Shown here: positions 21,406-31,314 of the stretch, in pieces
Layout: every line of letters starts with the position of its first letter
Numbering within the stretch: the first letter of the stretch is position 1
Assembly: GCA_016928995.1 (NCBI GenBank)
Contig: JAFGJS010000037.1
Coordinates: forward strand, 5,895-69,894
Reading direction: 5' to 3'
Length of the DNA: 64,000 nucleotides
Source: Candidatus Sumerlaeota bacterium
Lineage (GTDB): Bacteria; Sumerlaeota; Sumerlaeia; JAFGJS01
Translations under genes and position numbers: made by a program
The notes under the pieces: generated by a model
What the model was told of the DNA's origin: nothing
The model's database searches: none
What the model saw: only the letters and a program-made list of their open reading frames with translations

Positions 21406-21999
21406 TTATTCGCCCACGCTCCAACGCGCGAAGCGTTTGATCGTGATGTTCTCGCCGAATTTGGCCACGCATTCCGTGACCAGCTGCTGGATCGTTTTGT
21501 CCGGATCTTTGACGAATGCTTGTTCCAGCAGACAGACTTCTTGATAGAATTTTTTAACGCGCCCCTCAATGATTTTTTCAACGATTTTTTCCGGCTTGCC
21601 TTCGCTGAGCGCCTGAGTGCGGAAGATTTCCTTTTCGCTTACCAATTTGGCGGGGTCCACGTCTTCGCTGCTGACGTACTGCGGGGCGGCGGCGGCGATG
21701 TGCATCGCCACGTCGTGGCAGAGCTGTTTGAAATCTTCATGCTTGGCCACGAAGTCGCTCTCGCTGGAAATCTGCACCATCACGCCGATCTTGCCTGGAG
21801 GGTGGATGTAGGCGTGGATCAGGCCCTCGTCGGACGAACGGGACGATTTTTTATCCGCGATCTGCTGGCCGCGTTCGCGCAGCCATTTGATCGACGCTTC
21901 CATGTCGCCGTTGGCTTGTTCCAGGGCTTTTTTGCAATCGCCGATGCCCGCGCCGGTCTTGGCGCGCAGCTCCTTCACTTGTTCGATGCCAATTGCCAT
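21406..21999 (-). CDS. tsf: Elongation factor Ts (short form, 197 aa).
   Basis: N-terminal UBA-like segment (VKELRAKTGAGIGDCKKALEQANGDMEASIKWLRE). Confidence 0.9.
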   Translation of the reverse strand: MAIGIEQVKELRAKTGAGIGDCKKALEQANGDMEASIKWLRERGQQIADKKSSRSSDEGLIHAYIHPPGKIGVMVQISSESDFVAKHEDFKQLCHDVAMHIAAAAPQYVSSEDVDPAKLVSEKEIFRTQALSEGKPEKIVEKIIEGRVKKFYQEVCLLEQAFVKDPDKTIQQLVTECVAKFGENITIKRFARWSVGE

Positions 22000-22184
22000 G
22001 ATTATTCTTCGCTCCTTGAGTATTTGAATCTCGATAGTTCGATTCGGATTGAATGAACGCTTCGCCCATCCGCGGGCTATACGTAACTTCGCGCCGCTGC
22101 CCGGAAGTCAGGCGCGGCGCGAAAAGCCGGGAATTGCTGACACCGGCGGACTCCCTCTGCTGAAAAGAACCGGCAAGAATGGAA

Positions 22185-23141
22185 TTATTCGCTCTCGCCC
22201 GCTTCGTCGTTCTGCTCCAGAGGCTCGGCCGCGGGGATTTCGCTGGCGGCGTCTTCCTCTTCCGGCATCGGCTTGGAGTATTGGTCGGGATTGTAATCCG
22301 CGTATTTCTCGTCGATTTCCGCGGCGGACAGCGCATGCGTCTCCGGCGTCGCGCTCATGGCGGCCGGAAGCGCGCCTTCCGCGCGTTGAGCCATGCCTTC
22401 AATCGTGGCGTCGGCGATCAGATGGGCGATCAGTTTGATCGCGCGGATCGCGTCGTCGTTGCCCGGAATAATCACGTCGATCGGATCGGGATCGCAGTTC
22501 GTGTCCACCACGGCCACGATCGGGATGCCCAGGCGTTTGCATTCGCGCACGGTGATCGCTTCTTTGTGCGGATCGATGATGAAGACCAGATCGGGCAGGC
22601 GCTCCATGTGCTTCACGCCGGCCAGGTATTTGTCCAGGTGGTTGCGCTCGCGCAGCAGCATCGCCTGTTCTTTTTTCTTGAACTGCTCGATTTCGCCGTC
22701 GGCGATCATTTTTTCCAGTACGATCAGCCGCTTGATGCTGTTGCGCACGGTCTGGAAGTTGGTCAGCATGCCGCCCAGCCAGCGATTGATCACGTAGTAC
22801 ATGTTGCAGCTGACCGCCGCTTCCTGGATCGATTCCTTGGCTTGCTTTTTCGTGCCCACAAAGAGGACGGTCTTGCCTTCCGCCGCGCAATCGCGCACAA
22901 AGGCGTAAGCCTCGCGGAGCATCTTCAGCGTTTTCTTCAGGTCGATGATGTAAATGCCGTTGCGCTCGGTGTAGATGTATTTCTTCATCTTGGGGTTCCA
23001 GCGGCGGCTTTGATGGCCGAAGTGGACGCCCGCTTCGAGCAATTGCTTCATGGACACGCCGCCTTGCGCGACTTCCGACTGGCGCGGGGCGGGTCTTCCG
23101 TGGGGAATTGGGTTGACTTCTGTTGCGATGTTTTCTGGCAT
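22185..23141 (-). CDS. rpsB: 30S ribosomal protein S2. The track start at 23141 is probably too far upstream; the canonical [16 protein letters not shown] begins near 23051-23057.
   Basis: [22 protein letters not shown] matches S2, followed by an acidic C-terminal tail. Confidence 0.9.
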   Translation of the reverse strand: MPENIATEVNPIPHGRPAPRQSEVAQGGVSMKQLLEAGVHFGHQSRRWNPKMKKYIYTERNGIYIIDLKKTLKMLREAYAFVRDCAAEGKTVLFVGTKKQAKESIQEAAVSCNMYYVINRWLGGMLTNFQTVRNSIKRLIVLEKMIADGEIEQFKKKEQAMLLRERNHLDKYLAGVKHMERLPDLVFIIDPHKEAITVRECKRLGIPIVAVVDTNCDPDPIDVIIPGNDDAIRAIKLIAHLIADATIEGMAQRAEGALPAAMSATPETHALSAAEIDEKYADYNPDQYSKPMPEEEDAASEIPAAEPLEQNDEAGESE

Positions 23142-23535
23142 TTTGGTTCATCCTCCGTCTCTTTCTTCGATCACCGGACCCTGTCGTGTTTTGACGGGGC
23201 ACCTCGGCGTCATCCAGAGACGTGTGTGATTATATTCAGTTTTTACATAAAAACCGGCCTAAAGCCGAAAAAAGGATGCATACCTAATCATGCGCTTCGG
23301 CGGCTTGCAAGCAAAAAAAGAGTGGAAAATGCATGTTTTGCGGATATTTCGACCGGGTTTGCAGGGGTGTTAATTTATACAACTGTTTGTTGACACAACT
23401 AACCTGATTGCCGCAAAATAAGTCTATTAAAAACATGGCGCCTCTTGTGCGATGGTTTGTGTTTTGCAGAAGTCTCCTCCGCAACGAGTCGTTGAAGGGT
23501 TTTACAATTATTATTTGATAAGGAACGATGCTGCA

Positions 23536-24291
23536 ATGCAAAGACTGAAACACGCAATTCTAGCGCTGGGAATCGCCATCTTGCCGCTCTCTGGAGCGCA
23601 ATCCGTTTATGCACAACTGCCATCTGGCGCGGATTTTGAATCTCCAGAGTATGCTCTGGGGGCTTTGAATCATGCGGATTGGACGTTGCATGGCGACGGC
23701 AGCGCCTTGGTTCAAAGCTCGGAGGTGTATGAAGGCAGCGCGGCGTTGGAACTCACCAGCGGCACCACGGTGAGTTACGATGTGGATTCCACCGAGGACG
23801 TGGTTTGGGTCAATGGCTGGCAGAAAGCCAGTTCCACTGGCGAATTGCCTGATCTGACTCAGTTCACCAGCGGCTCTGCGCTGATGGTTTTCCGCGATGA
23901 CGCGATCATGTGCCTGGATGGCGACGGCGCGGGCAGCGGCACGTGGACTTCGGTGATGAGCTCGCCGTCCAACGATTGGATTCAGGTTTCACTGCGGTTG
24001 GATTACACGGCTCTCACCTATGAATGCTATCTTAACGGGGCGTTGGTTGGCAGCGACCTCGGTTTTCTGTATAATTCGACGTCCATGTTGAACGGTTTCA
24101 CCGCGCATGCCGGAAACGCCAGTTCCTTTCTGGACGATATTGAATTCAGCACGGTCGTGGCCACGCTGACAAAATCCGACATCATCAATCATTTGATGGG
24201 CGTTGTGTTTTTATCCGGGGCGGAATACCGTTCCGCGGACATCAACCAAGACGACGCGCGCGACGTGGCGGATGTGCTGCTCGCGCCATAG
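23536..24291 (+). CDS. Secreted hypothetical protein, possibly a beta-sandwich or lectin-like fold, with a dockerin-like C-terminal segment.
   Basis: Signal peptide (MQRLKHAILALGIAILPLSGAQSVYA). The body is Ser/Thr/Gly-rich and the C-terminus reads ADINQDDARDVADVLL. The track ORF starts at 23452, but I placed the Met at 23536. Confidence 0.55.
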   Translation: MQRLKHAILALGIAILPLSGAQSVYAQLPSGADFESPEYALGALNHADWTLHGDGSALVQSSEVYEGSAALELTSGTTVSYDVDSTEDVVWVNGWQKASSTGELPDLTQFTSGSALMVFRDDAIMCLDGDGAGSGTWTSVMSSPSNDWIQVSLRLDYTALTYECYLNGALVGSDLGFLYNSTSMLNGFTAHAGNASSFLDDIEFSTVVATLTKSDIINHLMGVVFLSGAEYRSADINQDDARDVADVLLAP

Positions 24292-24530
24292 CGCCGCATA
24301 ACCAGCCATGATCGATATTTTAGAACACTCACTCCGGCGAGCAGCGACGCTCGCCGGGGTTTTGATTTGATCGCAGTTTGATCTCTGGTTTTCGCGGGCG
24401 CGAGATCTTTCCCTTGACGAAAAGCACCGAGTTGTTGGATCATGCTTGCTTGGACCTTGTAGACGCCTGAGTGCAGCGCAGTCAACAAGGTCCATCAACA
24501 GAATCCATATAGGACTTGGAGGACTTTCGC

Positions 24531-25157
24531 ATGGCACATCAACTCCCTGCTTTACCATACGCATATGACGCGCTGGAGCCGCATATCGACGCGCGCACCG
24601 TGGAAATCCATCACGATAAGCATCACAATGCTTACGTGACGAACTTGAATGCTGCGCTGGAAGGCCATCCTGAGTTGCAGGATAAACCCCTTACCGAACT
24701 GCTGTCGGATTTGTCAGCCGTGCCGGAGTCGATCCGCATGGCGGTGCGCAACAATGGCGGCGGCGTATGGAATCACAATCTGTATTGGCAATGCATGTCT
24801 GGCGACGGCGGCGGCGAGCCGACCGGCGAGCTGGCCGGGGCGATTAAGCGCGACCTGGGCGGTTTCGCGGCGTTCAAGGAGCAATTCACCAAGGCGGGGG
24901 CTACGCGCTTCGGCTCGGGCTGGGCCTGGCTGTGCGTCGGCGGCGCCGGTAAACTGTGCGTCTGCTCCACGCCGAACCAGGATATTCCGATCATGAAGGG
25001 CGTGGCGGATTGCCCCGGAACTCCGATCCTGACGATGGACGTCTGGGAGCACTCCTACTACCTCAAATATCAGAACCGCCGGCCGGATTACATCGCGGCG
25101 TTTTTCAATGTGATTAACTGGAGCCAGGTGGCGGATCATTACGCAGCTGCGAAGTAA
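24531..25157 (+). CDS. Fe/Mn superoxide dismutase.
   Basis: [28 protein letters not shown] ... GWAWL ... CSTPNQD ... DVWEHSYYL. Confidence 0.9.
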   Translation: MAHQLPALPYAYDALEPHIDARTVEIHHDKHHNAYVTNLNAALEGHPELQDKPLTELLSDLSAVPESIRMAVRNNGGGVWNHNLYWQCMSGDGGGEPTGELAGAIKRDLGGFAAFKEQFTKAGATRFGSGWAWLCVGGAGKLCVCSTPNQDIPIMKGVADCPGTPILTMDVWEHSYYLKYQNRRPDYIAAFFNVINWSQVADHYAAAK

Positions 25158-25298
25158 GCGCTGTTGATTTTCTGCTTTCATGCAACTCAAGCGGCCGGAT
25201 GGCGTCGAAAGAAAAGACGCCGCCGGTCGCTTTTCTTTTTGACCCTTCGGCCGGATGCGGCGTATGAGATGGTAATCCGGAAAGATCGGAGCTTCCCC

Positions 25299-25862
25299 AT
25301 GAATCATGAAGAGCATCACGGCAGTCCGGCCGATTCAGCCCGGCCGCAGTTAAGCGCGGAGGACGGAGAGCGTGTGCAACTGGGCATCCGTTGCGCGCAG
25401 CAGATCAAAACCTATGGCAACTGGCTGAATTGGCTCGCGGGATTGATTGTGCTGTATGTCTTGTTCCTCAAAACGGCAGGATTTTATTTCCCGGTGGGGC
25501 GCACATACATTCCCAATTACCTGCATCAAGTTTTGATGCAGAGCAATCCTGGCGTGAGCGATGACTCGCTGGCGTTGATCTTGATTCTGGGATTGGCGGC
25601 GGTTTTTTTCATGCTGGGCCAGCTCGCCGTGCGCACGCTGAAACTCGCCTGGCTTTGCCTTGCGCTGGGTTTTCTGATTTACGGCGCCGATCTTGCGGCG
25701 CTGTACTGGCTTCATTTCATGAAGAACAATCACTATTTAGATCTGGTGATCGGCATCGAAGCGGCGTTTCATTTGTTTGTGCTGGCGATGTTCGCGCTGG
25801 GAGTTATCGCGGGTTTGCGTTACAACGCCGTGGCGCGCAAAGAGATGTTTGCTCAGTATTGA
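25299..25862 (+). CDS. Hypothetical 4-TM membrane protein.
   Basis: Hydrophobic helices after a His-rich N-terminus. The start was chosen at MNHEEHH inside track ORF 25164..25862. Confidence 0.5.
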   Translation: MNHEEHHGSPADSARPQLSAEDGERVQLGIRCAQQIKTYGNWLNWLAGLIVLYVLFLKTAGFYFPVGRTYIPNYLHQVLMQSNPGVSDDSLALILILGLAAVFFMLGQLAVRTLKLAWLCLALGFLIYGADLAALYWLHFMKNNHYLDLVIGIEAAFHLFVLAMFALGVIAGLRYNAVARKEMFAQY

Positions 25863-25904
25863 ATTGGTTTTGGATTTCGAATATCACTGCTAGAATTTAA
25901 TCCT

Positions 25905-27056
25905 ATGCTGGAATCGCTAAAATTTTCCCGGCGGCAATTGGGCGAACTCGACTGGCTGATGCTGCTTTGCGTGCTGGGGCTGACGTGGATTGGCTTGTTC
26001 ACGATTGACGGTTCGCTGTTTCCGGTTGAGGCGGACCGGGCGGAGGCGGCCGGCGCGGAGATCCCGCTCGTGGCGTCGCTGGCGGCGAAGCAGTTCGTAT
26101 TTTGGATTCTCAGCCTGGGCGCGTTGATCGCCGCTGTTGTGATTGATTATCGCGTGCTGAAGAAAATCGCCTGGCTGCTGTACATCGTCGGCATCGCGGC
26201 GCTCGTTTTTCTGCTGATCCGGCAGGAGACGATCAAAGGCGCTTCATCGTGGTTTAAACTCGGGCCGCTGCGCTTGCAGCCGTCTGAGTTCGTAAAGATT
26301 TCGACGGTGGCCGCGCTGGCGCTGTGGCTGTCCAAGCGTCCGGGGGAGACCAAGGGCTGGGCGCAATTGATCGTTCCCATGTTGATCGCCGGCGTGCCAT
26401 TCGTCTTGATCTACGAGCAACCGGACATCGGCACGGCGGCGATATTCCTTCCCGTGACGTTTGCAATGGTCTGGGCCGCCGGTCTGCGCAAGCGCTATGT
26501 GCTGGCGGCTGCGGTGGCTTTCATGCTGGCCGCGATTGTGATCTATCCTCGCCTCAAGGAATACCAGAAGCAGCGCATCGAGGTGTTCCTGAATCCCGAG
26601 GCGGATCCGCAGCATGCGGGCTACAATATCATTCAGGCGCAGATCACGATTGGATCGGGGCAGCTCTTCGGCAAGGGCTGGCGCGAGGGGACGCAATCGC
26701 GCTGGGAGTATCTGCCGGAGAACCATACGGACTTTATTTTTTGCAGCCTCGTGGAGCAGTTCGGCTTTGTGGGCGCTGCGGTTGTCTTGGGATTGTACTT
26801 GGCGATCCTGCTGCGCGCATTGGCCATCGCGCAGACATCAGCGGAGTGGTTCGGCTCGTATCTGACGATCGGTTTGGTTGCGATCATCCTCACGCATATC
26901 CTGCTGAACGTGGGGATGGTGCTGCGTATTTTTCCCGTGACGGGGCTGCCGTTGCCATTCTTGAGCTACGGCGGTTCGTTTTTATTGGCGAATTATATCG
27001 TATTTGGCTTGATTCTGAATGTCGGCATCCGAAAAGAGTACTATGATTATACATAA
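25905..27056 (+). CDS. SEDS-family peptidoglycan glycosyltransferase (RodA/FtsW/SpoVE family).
   Basis: 10-TM protein with the conserved periplasmic loop (AGYNIIQAQITIGSGQLFGKG ... PENHTDFIF ... FGFVG). Confidence 0.85.
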   Translation: MLESLKFSRRQLGELDWLMLLCVLGLTWIGLFTIDGSLFPVEADRAEAAGAEIPLVASLAAKQFVFWILSLGALIAAVVIDYRVLKKIAWLLYIVGIAALVFLLIRQETIKGASSWFKLGPLRLQPSEFVKISTVAALALWLSKRPGETKGWAQLIVPMLIAGVPFVLIYEQPDIGTAAIFLPVTFAMVWAAGLRKRYVLAAAVAFMLAAIVIYPRLKEYQKQRIEVFLNPEADPQHAGYNIIQAQITIGSGQLFGKGWREGTQSRWEYLPENHTDFIFCSLVEQFGFVGAAVVLGLYLAILLRALAIAQTSAEWFGSYLTIGLVAIILTHILLNVGMVLRIFPVTGLPLPFLSYGGSFLLANYIVFGLILNVGIRKEYYDYT

Positions 27057-27238
27057 GTCGCATCAGCTGATGATGGATTCCGGGCGGATGCAATGATATG
27101 CTTTTTTTATGCTTGGTTCGTTTTAGTATTTTAGATCCATTCAGGATTGACTTTTGCTTGTCCGGATCACACAATGAATGATCTATCGCTTTAGGGATGA
27201 ATCGCACGACTTAATCAAATAAAGGAACGGAGAGTCAC

Positions 27239-27793
27239 ATGATGAACATCACTCGCAAACTCACCTGCGGCCTGCTTCTGATGATTTTTGCCGCCGTTTT
27301 CATGACGGCATGCAACGACAAAGGCCAAACCCAACGTCAGCAAAAAGAGCAGATCATCACGGAGATGGACGCCAAACTCGATGCCATTATCAAGTCTTAC
27401 AGTGCGATCGAGGCCGAACTGAGCGCTACGAATGCGCAGATCAACAGCCTGCAAAGCAAGGTCAACAACATGAAGGTCTTGATGACGGAGTATCAGGATC
27501 TGAAGCAGCAATTGACCGGCGAGACCGTGGATCTGGGCGCTGCGGCTCCGGCGGAAGCGGCTCCCAGCGCGCGCGGCTCCGTGCCGGTTAAAGCCGTGCT
27601 CGGGATTGTGCTCGCCATTTTCATCATTGTCGTGCTGCTGCTGTTCTACGTGCAGGCCAAGACGGAGCGGATGCGCGAGTGGGATGAGGAAGACGACGAC
27701 GACAGCGAAATTTACAATGCGGACGACGAAGAGGAGAAGACCGAGGAGAAGACGAAGGAATCGAAGCCGAAGGATGAAAAGAAGGACGAATAA
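27239..27793 (+). CDS. Hypothetical lipoprotein with a coiled-coil, a C-terminal TM helix and an acidic tail.
   Basis: Lipobox-like LLMIFAAVFMTAC, a heptad-like central region, hydrophobic VLGIVLAIFIIVVLLLF, then D/E/K-rich low complexity. Confidence 0.55.
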   Translation: MMNITRKLTCGLLLMIFAAVFMTACNDKGQTQRQQKEQIITEMDAKLDAIIKSYSAIEAELSATNAQINSLQSKVNNMKVLMTEYQDLKQQLTGETVDLGAAAPAEAAPSARGSVPVKAVLGIVLAIFIIVVLLLFYVQAKTERMREWDEEDDDDSEIYNADDEEEKTEEKTKESKPKDEKKDE

Positions 27794-27984
27794 CCGGCGC
27801 GTCTGTATCATTCTGGAATCAAAACCGCCGCTGGATCGTTGCGTTTCCAGCGGCGGTTTCAATGTTGGGATGGGATTGGGATCAATGCATCTCTTAAAAT
27901 TACATCCGCATCCTTTAAATGCGGCACAGCCGCCCTCGGCTGTGTTCTTTTTCCATTCGGACATAACTTAAGAGACGCGATAAG

Positions 27985-28010
27985 ATTAGGATTAGGATTA
28001 AGATTTATTG
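27985..28010. repeat. Heptamer microsatellite GATTAGG/GATTAAG x3-4 immediately upstream of the heptosyltransferase start codon.
   Basis: GATAAGATTAGGATTAGGATTAAGATT is seen directly. Its reverse-complement relative lies at 8955-8985. Confidence 0.5.
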
Positions 28011-28012
28011 AT

Positions 28013-29050
28013 ATGGGCTCCAGTATTTTCATTAAAAGCGTGAATTGGATCGGCGATGCGATCATGACGACGCCGGCGATCCGGCGGTTGCGGCGGGAGT
28101 ATCCGGCGGCGCGAATCGTCGTCGCCGCGCGGCCGTGGGTTGCGCCGGTGCTCGATGACAATCCGGACATCAATGAAGTCTGGATCGAGCAGCCGGAAAA
28201 TGGACGGGGCGCGCGCAAGACGCTGCTAAGCCGGCTGCGCGAAGAGCCGTTCGAACTGGGCATCGCCTTCCCGAATTCCTTCGGTTCGGCGTGGCTGCTC
28301 AAGCAGGGCGGCGTACGGCAGCGCATCGGCTATGCGCGCGACCTGCGCGCATGGCTGCTCACGGACGCGGTGAAATGCACAAAGGCGATCCGTCGCGTGC
28401 ACGAGGTGCATTATTATCGCAACCTGCTGCGCGTGCTGATGGAGATCGACGACGAGGGCGACAAACCTCAACTTGTGCTGCCCGTGAATCTTGATGCGGC
28501 GCGCAAGGTGGACCAGGCGTTGCGCGATGAGGGCATGGAAGGGGATGAGCCGCTGATCGGCGTGAATCCCGGCGCGTTTTTTGGTTCGGCGAAGCGCTGG
28601 CTGCCGGAGCGGTTCGCCGCAGCGGCGGATGCGCTGGCCGGAAGGCTGGACGGGCGGATCGTGATCACCGGCGCGCCGAACGAGCGGGAGACAGGCGAGG
28701 CGATCCGGGCGCTGTGCACAAGGCCAGCGATTAATTTAGCCGGGCGGTTGAACCTGAAAGGCGCCGTGGCGTTGATCGGACGCCTGCGCGTGATGTTGAC
28801 CAATGATTCGGGCGCGATGCACATCGGCGCGGCGCTAGGCGTGCCGATGGTCGCCATTTTCGGCTCCACGGATTGGCGCACGACGTATCCCTACAGCGAT
28901 GCGGCGCGGATTGTGCGCAGGGACACGCCCTGCGCGCCGTGCATGCTGCGCGAATGCCCCATCGACCATCGCTGCATGAAGGACGTATCCGTGGACGATG
29001 TGTTGACTGCGGCCGAGGAATTATTAGCAGCTGTTTCTATGGGGCGATGA
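28013..29050 (+). CDS. ADP-heptose:LPS heptosyltransferase (glycosyltransferase family 9, WaaF/WaaC-like).
   Basis: N-terminal KSVNWIGDAIMTTPAIRRL, a C-terminal nucleotide-sugar binding region and GSTDWRTTYP. Confidence 0.8.
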   Translation: MGSSIFIKSVNWIGDAIMTTPAIRRLRREYPAARIVVAARPWVAPVLDDNPDINEVWIEQPENGRGARKTLLSRLREEPFELGIAFPNSFGSAWLLKQGGVRQRIGYARDLRAWLLTDAVKCTKAIRRVHEVHYYRNLLRVLMEIDDEGDKPQLVLPVNLDAARKVDQALRDEGMEGDEPLIGVNPGAFFGSAKRWLPERFAAAADALAGRLDGRIVITGAPNERETGEAIRALCTRPAINLAGRLNLKGAVALIGRLRVMLTNDSGAMHIGAALGVPMVAIFGSTDWRTTYPYSDAARIVRRDTPCAPCMLRECPIDHRCMKDVSVDDVLTAAEELLAAVSMGR

Positions 29051-29510
29051 GGCTTTCCCCTTCCGATCTTTTCTCCACTAAATTCTCCGGCGTGTAGGGC
29101 TTGACTGTGAATTTCAATTTCGACAGGTCGATCTGGGCGCAGTCCAGGTTGATCGTCAGGTCCGTCCGCAGCGTCCTGCTGTTTTGCGAAATGCTGAAAC
29201 TGACTTTGGCATCCTCAATATGCGCAAAGCACACATTGACATCCAGGCGCGCCTCGTCTGTGAGAGTTTCGATCGCCTTGCCGATGGCCTTTACGGATCC
29301 ACAATATTGCTGAGTGGAGAATTCATTGACAAAGATCCCTTTCTTAAAGGCCGCTTCTTTGGAGTTCAGGAATTCAACCGTGGCCCTGATGCCTTCTTCT
29401 GTCGCACCCGGTCCGGGCGCGATGCTTGGCTCCATCGATCCGCTCGCCGGCCAGACATGTATCGTCCCGCATACGGCAAGCGCAGTAAACAATGCCAGGC
29501 TGCGTTTCAT
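29037..29510 (-). CDS. Secreted hypothetical protein (157 aa).
   Basis: Signal peptide MKRSLALFTALAVCGTIHVWPASG. It lies immediately downstream of htrA on the same strand. Confidence 0.5.
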   Translation of the reverse strand: MKRSLALFTALAVCGTIHVWPASGSMEPSIAPGPGATEEGIRATVEFLNSKEAAFKKGIFVNEFSTQQYCGSVKAIGKAIETLTDEARLDVNVCFAHIEDAKVSFSISQNSRTLRTDLTINLDCAQIDLSKLKFTVKPYTPENLVEKRSEGESLIAP

Positions 29511-29524
29511 GATTCATCCTCCGA

Positions 29525-30958
29525 TTATGGATTTTGCTGGAGTGTGATAATGATCCAGCCGTTGCTCGAACGAAGTTTAAGCAGCAAAGGCTTGCCTGCT
29601 TCCGCGGCGGCTACGGCTTGCTGAAAGTCATCCACGCTTTCAACCGGCTGGCGATTGACTTCCTGCAGCAGCATGTTCAGCCGCACGCCAGCGCGCCAGG
29701 CCGCGCCGTCCCGGTCGATTTCCACCACGCGCAAGCCGTTCATCCCGCCATAGCCGAGTTTGCTGGCGGCGCGGATGGTCAGCGGACGCGCCGTGATGCC
29801 GAAACCCAAATCCGCATCGTCCACCTCGCCGCTGTCGTAGATTTTAATTTCCGGCGGAAGCTCGCTGTCTTTTTTGCCATCGTCGGTTTTTTCCGGCCGC
29901 TGGCCCAGTTTGAATCTGGCGGTCGAGCGTTCGCCGTCGCGCCAGAACTCGAAGACCGTCTCCACGCCGGCGCCCGCCAGCGCGGCGGCTGAGCGGACTT
30001 CCTCCTTATCCGTCGCGGGTTGTCCGTTGAACTCGGTGATGATGTCGTAGGGCTGCAAATGCCCGTCGGCCGGAGAGCCGGGCGCGACGAAGTTGACGAT
30101 CACGCCCTGTTCCGTCTTGACTCCGAGCCAATCGGCGACGCCTTTGCGCAAGTCGCTGATGGAAATGCCCATGTAGCCGCGCATCACCTTGCCGCTTTCG
30201 CGCAGCTGCTCCGCGATGCGCATCGCGTCGTTGATCGGGATGGCGAAATTCAAACCCTGGCTGCCGCCGGACGAGCTGAGGATGAAAGTATTGACGCCGA
30301 TCGCCTCGCCGCGCGAGTTGATCAGCGGGCCGCCGCTGTTGCCCTGATTGATCGACGTGTCGGTCTGCAGGAACTTGCCGTATTCCGTCACCTGCATGCC
30401 CTTGCGGTTCACGGCGCTGATGATGCCCAGCGTCACGGTTTGATCCAAGCCCTGTGGGCTGCCGATGGCGATGGCGAAGTGGCCGGGCTTGACGGCGGAC
30501 GAATCGCCGATGGGCAGCACGGCGAAGGGAGTGCGCGATTCGATTTTCAGCACGGCGACCTCAGTGGCCGGATCGGAGCCGAGGAGTTCCGCTTCGTATT
30601 CCGCGCCGTTCTTGAAGACGATGTCGATTTCATCCATGCCCGCGATCACGTGGCTGTTGGTGACGATGACGCCGTTGGGATCGACCACGAAGCCGCTGCC
30701 GATGGCGGATTTCGGCTGATCGGAGCCGGGGCCGGGCATCGGCCGCAGCCGGCTGCGCTCGCTGTCGCCGCTCTTGCCGCGCGCCTTGATCTGCACCACA
30801 GCCGTTTGAGCCTGCTCCACGATCTGGGCGACTTCAGTCTCAAGTTGTTGCATCAGGCTGGCCGCGGCTGGCGCCTCCTGCGCTTCCATCTGTTGCGAAG
30901 GATAAGCGATGATGAGTGTGATGAAGATGGTGATGGCGAGGATTGACTTGTCAGCCAT
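29525..30958 (-). CDS. Periplasmic serine endoprotease, DegP/HtrA family (trypsin-like domain plus PDZ domains).
   Basis: Catalytic-triad context (TNSHV ... GNSGGPLINSRGEAIGVNT) followed by two PDZ-like regions. Confidence 0.9.
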   Translation of the reverse strand: MADKSILAITIFITLIIAYPSQQMEAQEAPAAASLMQQLETEVAQIVEQAQTAVVQIKARGKSGDSERSRLRPMPGPGSDQPKSAIGSGFVVDPNGVIVTNSHVIAGMDEIDIVFKNGAEYEAELLGSDPATEVAVLKIESRTPFAVLPIGDSSAVKPGHFAIAIGSPQGLDQTVTLGIISAVNRKGMQVTEYGKFLQTDTSINQGNSGGPLINSRGEAIGVNTFILSSSGGSQGLNFAIPINDAMRIAEQLRESGKVMRGYMGISISDLRKGVADWLGVKTEQGVIVNFVAPGSPADGHLQPYDIITEFNGQPATDKEEVRSAAALAGAGVETVFEFWRDGERSTARFKLGQRPEKTDDGKKDSELPPEIKIYDSGEVDDADLGFGITARPLTIRAASKLGYGGMNGLRVVEIDRDGAAWRAGVRLNMLLQEVNRQPVESVDDFQQAVAAAEAGKPLLLKLRSSNGWIIITLQQNP

Positions 30959-31314
30959 TGTGATTCTCCCGAACTCTGGCGAATTATTTCCGGTCTATAT
31001 GCGAATCTAAAGCATAGCGGAACAATGCAGAAAAAGGCAAGGGCAAGAACGCGTTATTCGGATCCGGTTAATGTTCAGACGCGATCCACGCAAGAATCTT
31101 ATGGATTATATACAATGTATGCGTTAGCGTGGTAATTAACGTTTTTTGCGTGGGGCTATGCAGGAAATGTGAACCTTGCCTCTCATCATTGCTTTATGCG
31201 CATCCATTGTCGAGATTAAGTCGTTATTTTTCAGATAAATAGGACAGGATTGAGTTCCACGGAGACGGCGCCGTTTTTGCATCGGTTTATGGCATCTCTA
31301 TCAAATGATGCGGA

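Noticed and set aside
23536-24291. Dockerin or cohesin-type cellulosomal protein call for the secreted protein.
   Set aside because: There is only a single short D-x-N-x-D-like segment at the C-terminus (ADINQDDARDVADVLL) and no duplicated calcium-binding repeat pair. I kept it as a hypothetical secreted protein.
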